From Paraspadella gotoi (Eukaryota; Animalia; Chaetognatha), in the NCBI GenBank assembly GCA_051294375.1, contig CM119264.1, positions 7,697,301 to 7,761,300 on the forward strand: DNA of 64,000 nucleotides. Reading direction: 5' to 3'. The stretch's first letter is position 1. Each line of letters opens with the position of its first letter. A model generated the notes under the pieces. It saw only the letters and a program-made list of their open reading frames with translations, was not told the DNA's origin and ran no database searches. Positions 56,042 through 64,000 of the stretch are shown here, in pieces. Both the position numbers and the translations under genes were made by a program.

Positions 56042-56460
56042 GTACGGCGGAGGGGGGGGGGTTATGGAGTTTAAAGTAATGGACATAGTATGAGTATATG
56101 ATGAAGTTAATTCGAGCAACCAGAATAACAATTTTCATAAGAACTAATTTGTATGTAGGTAAGTAGAGATTTAGGATAAAAACTGAGATATAATAATGGT
56201 GTGACAAAGATCAAGGGAAGACGTGATGCGAAAAATGTGATGGGCGAGAGACTGAGAGCGAGTGGTTTAGAAACTTCGAGGGAAAATGTAGCGTTACGTT
56301 AAAGTTAGAGTTACATTGTTTGTCTCACCCGTCGCTATTTTCTTTAAATATCTTTTCTTCATTTATTATTTCCAGTAATGTTTTTCTTTCTTCAATTTAA
56401 AAAAGAAATGTTTTAAAAATGTCCTCCTCGTCTTAATGGCAAAAATAAAGAAAACTTCCG

Positions 56461-56493
<33 letters not shown>

Positions 56494-57392
56494 CTCTCCT
56501 CTCTCTCTCCTCTTCTCTCTCTCTCTCTCTCTCTCTCACTCTCACTCTCACTTCTCCCTCACTCTATCTCTCTCTGAGTCTCTCTGTATCCTGATTATTC
56601 TTCTTCCGTCTCCTGTCTCCTATTACGTTTCTTTTCAATTTTTCAACGAAGCTTCTATTACTACAAGAACTGAGGTCGTCTTCACGTGAAAAAAAAACTG
56701 TTTATCTCCCCATAATCTGCTTTTTCTAAAACTGTCTCTATCTTCCTTCTTTTTGTAAGAGTTTATTTTTGATACATTCAATATTGACATCTTTTTAATT
56801 GCTTCTGTCTTTTATTGATTTTTGCTTTTCCTTTTTATCGCAATTAACTCCTTAACAATACAGTTTTACTATTTCAAAAGAAGACGCACGATTTGACGCG
56901 CTGTAGGATCGATCAAAACCTTATTGTATTTGTATTATATGTGCGTCTGTAAACCGATATATTTTTTGGATTGACATAACCCTATGATCAAAATCAAAAT
57001 TCATTAATTGATATTGAACTTATTTAAATTAAATATTATTATGAAGTCGCACACCCGAGTGTATTGAAGCGGAGAAGGTTTTCCCCACTCTCGTTTCTCT
57101 CCAATATTTTTGAGCCACGGAATACAACTGTCGTTCCCTCCATTTTCCCCTCCAATATTCGTCTCTCTTTATGTGACATAACTTTTTTCACGATTTTTCT
57201 TTCTGGTGACAGAACCACAGAAAATTTTTCTCGGTTCTAACCGACGTTACAAAGAGTCGAAATAAGAAACTCTATTTCGTCTCAATTGTGTTGTCACTCG
57301 ATAAATAGAAAAGAAAAGAGAAAGTTACGCAACTTATACGACCGGGTTTTTTTTTTTCTTTTGGGTTCGTTTTTCATATTTGGGTTTTTATG

Positions 57393-57548
57393 ACTGCTCT
57401 GTTCACTGCTCTGTTCACTGCTCTGTTCACTGCTCTGTTCACTGCTCTGTTCACTGCTCTGTTCACTGCTCTGTTCACTGCTCTGTTCACTGCTCTGTTC
57501 ACTGCTCTGTTCACTGCTCTGTTCACTGCTCTGTTCACTGCTCTGTTC
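57393..57548. repeat. 12-bp minisatellite (ACTGCTCTGTTC)x13
   Basis: Perfect tandem copies. Confidence 0.97.
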
Positions 57549-57679
57549 AGTCTCCCGCGTTTCTCTCTCCACGAACAATCCGTTTTCCTTCTTTCGAATC
57601 CAGATCAACTTCAAACTTAAAAAAATTCTTCACTTTTCACCCCCAACCCACTCCCGCCCCGATCCAACCCCACCTCCAG

Positions 57680-57797
57680 CACGACGAGTTCCGGTGCGAC
57701 TCGGGTCTTTGCATCAACGCCGCCTGGAAATGCGACGGAGACTTCGACTGCGACGATCGCTCCGACGACAAGGACTTTTCCGACGAAAGGAATTGCA
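57680..57797 (+). CDS. LRP4: LRP4 exon: LDLa6 ([39 protein letters not shown])
   Basis: Close to vertebrate LRP4 [18 protein letters not shown] (recalled); phase 0-1. Confidence 0.96.
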
Positions 57798-58417
57798 GTC
57801 AGTTGGGGGGGAGGGTCGGTGCTTGGTGGTGGGGAGCGGAGAGAAGTGTTAGCTGAGTTCGAAATCTTGAGGTTTTTATTTTCAATTAAGAGTTACAGCG
57901 GGAAGAGATATGGACCGAAGCGGAAAATTATAGTATGCTGACTGTATTATGAAAAGATGAGGGATGGAGCGGAGCGTAATGGGATAGGGACTGAAAAGGA
58001 AATATATGAGGACTGGAACAAGAATGGATAGATAATGAAGTTGTAAGAAGTGGAGAAAGAAATGGTGACTAATGTGTGAAAATAGACTAAAATATGAAGT
58101 ATAATTATAATTAGAATGCTAAAGGAGACGACTGTATTGTGAATACAGATAATTACAGATGGTGATTAAAATATATGGAGAAGGCATGGCGTTGTTGAAA
58201 ATGAACAAAAAAAACTGCAAACTAAACAAAAATTGTTCCATATCGATCGAAAAACTCGGTTAAAATTCTACTCTTTTCATCGATTTTGTTTGCCTGGATT
58301 TGGGATTAAGTTACAATCTTCTCTTTCCAACTTCTGCGGCCTTAATTTTCCTCAAACTTCCCCCTTACCTCCAAATTTTCCACTTTTTCTCTCCCCCCTC
58401 CACGCGCACCGGATCAG

Positions 58418-58534
58418 CCTTGTCCAGCTGCGGCGACGGTCACCTCCGCTGCAGCGACGGTCGCTGCATCCGCGAATCGTGGCGCTGCGACGGCGAAGCC
58501 GACTGCGCCGACGGGTCTGACGAACGCGGCTGCG
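58418..58534 (+). CDS. LRP4: LRP4 exon: LDLa7 ([35 protein letters not shown])
   Basis: LDLa pattern, phase 1-1. Confidence 0.95.
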
Positions 58535-58909
58535 GTGAGAACGTCGAAGAGGGGACTTGGGACAAGGGCGGGCAATGGCCGGCAGGGGCGGGCAGCGGAG
58601 GGCAAAGACCCATGGAGACTACAATCATGAATATTTTATAATTACAATGAAATTGGTACAACCAATATAAAAATTATCCATTCATTTAATAAATAAGCTA
58701 TCTTGCCCCTGACTTTGGACAGGCTTTGGTGGTTTAAGGCCTCCATCACTCTTACAAGATAATGACATAGCAGGTTCCTGCAAGCTTTCAATCAAGACTC
58801 TCTCACAGTCTCGTTTATTCACTCCCAGAGTACCTGGCTTCCCTATCAATGAAGTGTAAAATATTTCATAATAAATATAATCATAATCTTCCTTCTTTCT
58901 CCTATGCAG

Positions 58910-59035
58910 ATCCAAAAGAGTGCGGATCCGGACAGTACAAGTGCAAAAACGGGAGATGCATCGGACACCTGCACGTGTGCAACGGTGTGGCCGAGTGTGC
59001 GGACGCATCGGACGAACCGCCCATTGTCGATTGCT
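58910..59035 (+). CDS. LRP4: LRP4 exon: LDLa8 (CGSGQYKCKNGRCIGHLHVCNGVAECADASDEPPIVDC)
   Basis: The NGRCIG..CNGV motif is as in LRP4 LDLa8; phase 1-1. Confidence 0.95.
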
Positions 59036-59164
59036 GTAAGCGAAAGATCCACGACTTTTTTGTTTCTCTAATTTTTTTTTTTAAATTCGTGTAATTATTA
59101 TTATCATAATATGGAAATATTTTGACTATTCTTTATTAGAGCAAAACTTTTCTATCCTTTTTAG

Positions 59165-59299
59165 CATTGGCGGCTTCCGCTGGCACCTGCGAGGTGAACA
59201 ACGGCGGGTGCCATCACGAATGCGTCTCCACCCGATACGGCCGGAAGTGCAGATGCCGCGCTGGTTACACCATTCTCGAAGATGGCGTCACTTGCAAGG
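59165..59299 (+). CDS. LRP4: LRP4 exon: EGF-like 1 (CEVNNGGCHHEC...GYTILEDGVTCK)
   Basis: EGF Cys pattern, TAG/GTGAAG, phase 1-1. Confidence 0.96.
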
Positions 59300-59485
59300 G
59301 TGAAGAAGGGAAGAGGAGGAAGAAAAGCGGGAAGAGAGGAAAAGAAAATAAACAATAGAATCTCTATTAGAAAGAAAAGAAAAGCGACGAATAAAGAAAA
59401 TAAAACATTGAAAATATCAGATAAAGGAAAGAAAAGTTTGACAATGCTAAAAATTCTAAAAATATCCACAATCTCGCTTCACCAG

Positions 59486-59620
59486 ACGTGAACGAGTGCG
59501 AGGTCAAACACGGACGTCATCTTTGTTCACAACTCTGTACGAACACCGACGGCTCTTTCATCTGCTCATGCCACAAAGGGTACGCACTTAGGACGGACAA
59601 AAGAACATGCAAGGCTTTGG
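59486..59620 (+). CDS. LRP4: LRP4 exon: calcium-binding EGF 2 (DVNEC...DKRTCKAL)
   Basis: cbEGF consensus, CAG/GTAAGT. Confidence 0.96.
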
Positions 59621-60474
59621 GTAAGTTAGACATCGGCTTGATCTCTTTTATATTGTATTCTCTATTTTGTGCGCGTCCTTTTATAAATATTTTTCTTTCT
59701 GTACTGGTGAAGTTCCGGAGAAAACAAACGGCAAGAATAAAACATATCGGTAGATTTGCTATATCGTTTCATATTCGCGGATCATAAATATAAGGTTAAG
59801 AATACTTAAATTAAATTTATTCTGTATTAAGGGTGATTTTTTTACACGATGAATAGAAAAGAATAATCAGATTTAACAGTAAAATCTAAATCTAAAATAA
59901 ATTAACATACAATTCAAACTGAACGACCGACCAAAAATTGTCTCATGGAAACGTGGCATTCGTCACCACTTAGTAACCGAAGGAAATTTCCGATAATCGT
60001 CTCGGTTCGTCTCTTCGTCTTATCCGATTTTTCACTTTACTTTTTTTTATATCTCTTTTCTCTGTTTGTTATCGTCTTTTTTTTCCTGCTGATGTTTTCT
60101 AAAAATTGACTACTTCGAATTAAATAATCAAACTAACAAAAAAACTAACGAACGAACTAAAAAAAAAAAAACAAAAACAAAACGAAGAAAAAGCGACGAA
60201 ACTAGAAAACGAAACCGAAAAAAGGATCCAAATCAATTCTGTCCTAAGGAAAAGAAGGTCGAGTAGCACCCCGTGGTACCGGAAAAAAGGTAAACAACAA
60301 ATATATAAACAAACCAGAAATAGTAGATAGAACAGTCAGTCACGTTCCTTTTTTTTTTCGATGTCTTCTTTTCGTTTTTTTGTTTTTCCCTCTATTTTTA
60401 TTTTATTCCAATTTTATCAAATATCTGTTTTTTAAGTTACTCTACTCCCCGCTCATGTTCTCCATACCTCTTCC

Positions 60475-60582
<108 letters not shown>

Positions 60583-60654
60583 AACATGTCATAAATTCTC
60601 TCCCCTCCCAATGCCACCCCAACCACCCTTCCACCCCGATTTCATCACCCCCAG

Positions 60655-60827
60655 GCGGACCGGTTTACCTCCTCTTCGCCAACCGGATCGACATTCGACG
60701 CGTCTCCCCCAACGGCGCCGACTACAACGAGATCATCCGTAACCTTGACAACGCTATCGCTCTCGACTATCACCACTCCAAAGGTCTGCTCTTCTGGTCC
60801 GACGTCATGCTCGACAAAATATATAAG
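60655..60827 (+). CDS. LRP4: LRP4 exon: start of beta-propeller 1 (LLFANRIDIRRV...NAIALDYHH...FWSDVMLDKIYK)
   Basis: LLFANRIDIR and NAIALDxHH match LRP4; phase 1-0. Confidence 0.97.
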
Positions 60828-60950
60828 GTAGTTAATGGGACTGGACAACATGGATATATTTCAATAGTAATTGAGTACTACATTTTAAAAATCTTCCGTC
60901 TCTATGATAAACCATTTGATTGATTGCCCCCTTCGACAAGATTGTCTCAT

Positions 60951-61314
60951 TTAGTTGCGCCGCGAGTACTCGCAGAGCAACTCAATAATTCACTTTTCGG
61001 TCGGTCAGACGGTATGACAGTCTGTCTGTTGTTCCACTTACGTAAAAAATGCACATAATTTGTCTATAGTTAGTTGCTCATTTATTAAGACAGAAAAAAA
61101 ATCAAATTTAAGGGACTGCTCGCGCCGTCTTCAGGAAAGCCTAAAACTAAAAAGAATAAAAGCCGGAATTCCGATGCAGTGCGTGTCATAAATAAACAGT
61201 CACGTCATGTCGCGTCATGTCACGTCACGTCATGTCACGAGAAATACTCGTGAAAATAAAGTTACTTCGGCTAGACACATTGGATGAACCGATATTGTTT
61301 TAAATAACCTCTTT
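60951..61314 (-). mobile_element. Helentron/DINE-1-like (HINE) fragment, copy 2
   Basis: Diverged reverse-complement homologue of 5172-5547. Confidence 0.65.
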
Positions 61315-61426
61315 CCTGGCTTTACTCACCTCCTTCATCTCGGCCTTTAATGACCTTCTTCATTCCTCCTCTCTCGACCCCTTTCCTCCCTCTTTCCCGC
61401 TCTCCTCCTCCTCGTCAACCGAAAAG

Positions 61427-61641
61427 GCCAATTTCAACGGATCGGGCGTCACTGAAATCGTCACCTTCGGTCTAAAGAGTCCGGGAGGCGTGGCCATCGA
61501 TTGGATCACGGATAAGATCTACTGGACGGACAGCGAGCGGGCGCGGATCACCGTCGCCGATCTGGACGGAAACGTCACTCGCGTACTAGTCCACCGTAAC
61601 CTGGAGAAACCGAGGGCCATCGTCGTTTACCCGCGGAAAGG
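61427..61641 (+). CDS. LRP4: LRP4 exon: YWTD repeats (ANFNGS...SPGGVAIDWITDKIYWTD...LEKPRAIVVYPRKG)
   Basis: YWTD motif, AAG acceptor, GTAAGG donor, phase 0-2. Confidence 0.96.
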
Positions 61642-62018
61642 GTAAGGAAATGAGGAGTGAGGGAGAGTAACAATGGGTCAGTTCAAGGATAAGTCGCCGG
61701 AGAGGGACAGAAGGCGGCGTGAGGAAAGGGGGATAACAGGTAAGGGCTAGAAATGGAATGAAAGAAAGAGGAGGAAAGGAAGGAAAGAAGCAACCTTATG
61801 GTTCGTTTGCATCTTATGTATCTAAAACTACCACGCCTATTCCGCGAAAGATTTAGTGTCTCACTCCTTGCGTCTCTCTCATCCTTTTTCATTTCAAGGT
61901 CTTTTTTTTCTTAGAGAATAATAACTGACAACCACCTGGTCTTTTTTTTTATGTTAAGATAAAAAAAAATCAAACTCGGCCCTAATTCTAATTCTCCCTT
62001 CCCCCATATTTCCCACAG

Positions 62019-62236
62019 CTGGATGTTCTGGACCGACTGGGGCGGGTCTCCCCGCATCGAGCGAGCCAACATGGACGGTTCGAGCCGCGAGGCTCTCGTC
62101 GAGTCCTCCCTGTTTTGGCCCAACGGGCTCACGGTCGATTTCGAGGCGGATCGACTCTTCTGGACGGACGCCAAAATGGGCACCATAGAATATTCCGATC
62201 TCGACGGGGAGAATCGGTTTAAGCTGATCAGCACAG
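62019..62236 (+). CDS. LRP4: LRP4 exon: YWTD repeats (WMFWTDWGGSPRIE...LFWPNGLTVD...FWTDAK)
   Basis: YWTD motifs, phase 2-1. Confidence 0.97.
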
Positions 62237-62366
62237 GTGAGAGTGGAGGGAGGGTGGTTGATGTGAAAGATGGAAGAGAAGGAAGAATGGTTGTGAACAG
62301 AGTGATCATGTTGAAGGTGGTCATGGTCATGGTCTACAAATCAATAATATTTTATCCCCGCTTCAG

Positions 62367-62517
62367 ATCTGCCCCATCCTTTCGCCATCACCTTTTTCGA
62401 GGACAAGATTTATTGGACGGACTGGCACCAAAAGTCCATCTGGGAAGCCAACGCCAACGACGGCTCCAACAAGCGGCTCGTCAAGTCGTCCTTGCATTTC
62501 CCGATGGACATCAAAAG
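62367..62517 (+). CDS. LRP4: LRP4 exon: last YWTD of propeller 1 ([24 protein letters not shown]...LHFPMDIK)
   Basis: LPHPFAIT and LHFPMDI match LRP4; phase 1-2. Confidence 0.97.
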
Positions 62518-62730
62518 GTCGGATTGCCTTCCATTTTTCGCCTTAACTTTTTCGCCAGTTTTTTGTTTGTTTTTTTTTCACTGTCAGATTTCTTTTTAAT
62601 CAATTTTTGATAATTTATTATAAGTTTAGACATAAAGTTTCGGTTCGAATTATTGGGCGCAAAGAATTCAGCTCACGCGTGAGCGTTCGAAGAAATGAAA
62701 AATGTTTTGACTAATTTAATCTCGATCTCC

Positions 62731-62764
<34 letters not shown>

Positions 62765-62883
62765 CTGCTCTCCTCCTCTCTCCTCTCTCCTCTCTTCCCT
62801 CTCTCTCTCTCTCTTTAATATTACCCCCTCCTCCTTTTCCACTCCCCCTGGCCTTTATCACCCCCACCATCTCTCCACCACAG

Positions 62884-63062
62884 CTACCATCCTCAACGTC
62901 AACGCTACTTTCAAAACAAATGCGCGATGGAGAAAGGGTTGTGCTCTCACTTGTGCCTCCTCAAAAATTCGATGAACGATCCCTCAGGGGTGGAGACGTC
63001 CTGTCAGTGTCCCACCGGTCACCGAATCCACATCCAGGGCGGGAAGATGGTTTGTCAAGAAG
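62884..63062 (+). CDS. LRP4: LRP4 exon: EGF-like 3 (YHPQRQ...CSHLCLL...CQCPTG...CQE)
   Basis: HPQRQ plus EGF pattern, phase 2-1. Confidence 0.95.
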
Positions 63063-63472
63063 GTCAGTGTCGGAGTCATGGTTTGGCTGGTGTTGGATCG
63101 AAATAAAGCAATATTTGAGAGATAAATTATTTTTGACGTGAATGTCGAACATTATCTTTAGCAACGTAAGACGGCCAAATGAGTACATTTAGGCATAATT
63201 TTACCGACCGGGGTTGGGGGGGGTTTAAGGTTAAAGGTGGTTAAAAATGATTAAAGGTTGGTTTAAGGTTAAAGGTAGTTAGGGTTAAAATGGTTTAAAG
63301 TAATTAAGTAATTCCAGAAAACTAACGTTTAACTGTCGTAACCGATACCGAAGTTTTTTTTTCTATTATCGAAACAAAGCTTTACGTCAGAACTAAAAGA
63401 AGTTTTATTAAATTTATATACAACATAAGTAAATGAGATTAACAAATCAAAGGAGCTCGTAATGGACTGATG

Positions 63473-63688
63473 CATATAGTCGTTCTGGCTCGATAGCGAG
63501 GCCCTGTGATATTTTCCGTCATCCACCCTACTAAGCTCATATAGTGTAGTCGTTCTGGCTCGATAGCGAGGCCCTGTGATATTTTCCGTCATCCACCCTA
63601 CTAAGCTCATATAGTGTAGTCGTTCTGGCTCGATAGTGAGGCCCTGTGATATTTTCCGTCATCCACCCTACTAAGCTCATATAGTGTG
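63473..63688. repeat. 70-bp tandem repeat, 3 near-perfect copies
   Basis: The unit cgttctggctcgatagcgagg...catatagtgtagt starts at 63481, 63551 and 63621. Confidence 0.95.
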
Positions 63689-63801
63689 ATGGTGTTATGT
63701 GTCTTTTCAGTTACCTTAAAAAAGTTTTAAATATTTAATTATTTATTTTCAATCCAGTAAAAATTCCTCGCAATGCCTCCTTTTAACTTTTTTTTTCAAA
63801 G

Positions 63802-63867
63802 GTTTGGACACGTTTTTGGTCTTCGCGAGACGATTCGATATCAGAATCATCTCATTTGACACAAACG
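63802..63867 (+). CDS. LRP4: LRP4 exon: start of propeller 2 (GLDTFLVFARRFDIRIISFDTN)
   Basis: Matches LRP4 FLLFARRMDIRRISFDT (recalled); AAG acceptor; phase 1-1. Confidence 0.94.
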
Positions 63868-63940
63868 GTGAGAAAATCAGTCAAATCAATCAATCAAATT
63901 TCTCTACGGCTCAACTCACGTGACCCATTGACCCTTCCAG

Positions 63941-64000
63941 AGCACGTGGACGTGGTTGTGCCGATCGAAGGCCTGGAGTCGGCCGTCGCCGTCGACTGGG
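63941..64000 (+). CDS. LRP4: LRP4 exon, truncated by the window end (EHVDVVVPIEGLESAVAVDW)
   Basis: CAG acceptor; SAVAxDW motif. Confidence 0.92.

Noticed and set aside
57393-57548. CRISPR-like array or coding repeat (SVHC/EQSS/TALF)
   Set aside because: A pure 12-bp tandem repeat without spacers inside a eukaryotic intron. The 70-bp repeat at 63473 likewise has no spacers.
63215-63300. Telomeric repeat
   Set aside because: A degenerate GGTTAAA-like tract with a single TTAGGG; not an array.

Overview
This is AT-rich, microsatellite-dense animal (invertebrate-like, not CpG-depleted) genomic DNA from a gapped, partly long-read-filled assembly. The dominant feature is a + strand, multi-exon LRP4 orthologue. 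Sixteen complete phase-compatible exons plus a truncated last one, from 48393 to the window end, encode a Ser/Pro-rich spacer, 8 LDLa modules, 2 EGF modules, a full YWTD propeller, an EGF module and the start of propeller 2. Two far-upstream exons (ATG at 8413 to 8734, and 14448-14720) splice in frame and supply a long acidic N-terminus plus the only hydrophobic signal-like segment I found. The ~33 kb intron that follows is inflated by two indel-noisy tandem duplications around a 25-N gap, very likely assembly artefacts. It also holds candidate internal promoters and exons and several small mobile-element fragments. The most interesting observations are: (1) systematic G/purine-rich 5' and C/pyrimidine-rich 3' intron ends beside weak splice sites; (2) a Penelope-type minimal hammerhead ribozyme motif in an LRP4 intron; (3) the atypical LRP4 N-terminus and a ~71 aa insertion in LDLa1; (4) inverted repeats bracketing the signal-encoding exon; (5) a possible nested gene with KEN/CDK motifs. 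Nearly all supplied ORFs outside LRP4 are microsatellite or antisense shadows. Homology calls are from manual translation and recalled sequences, not from searches.
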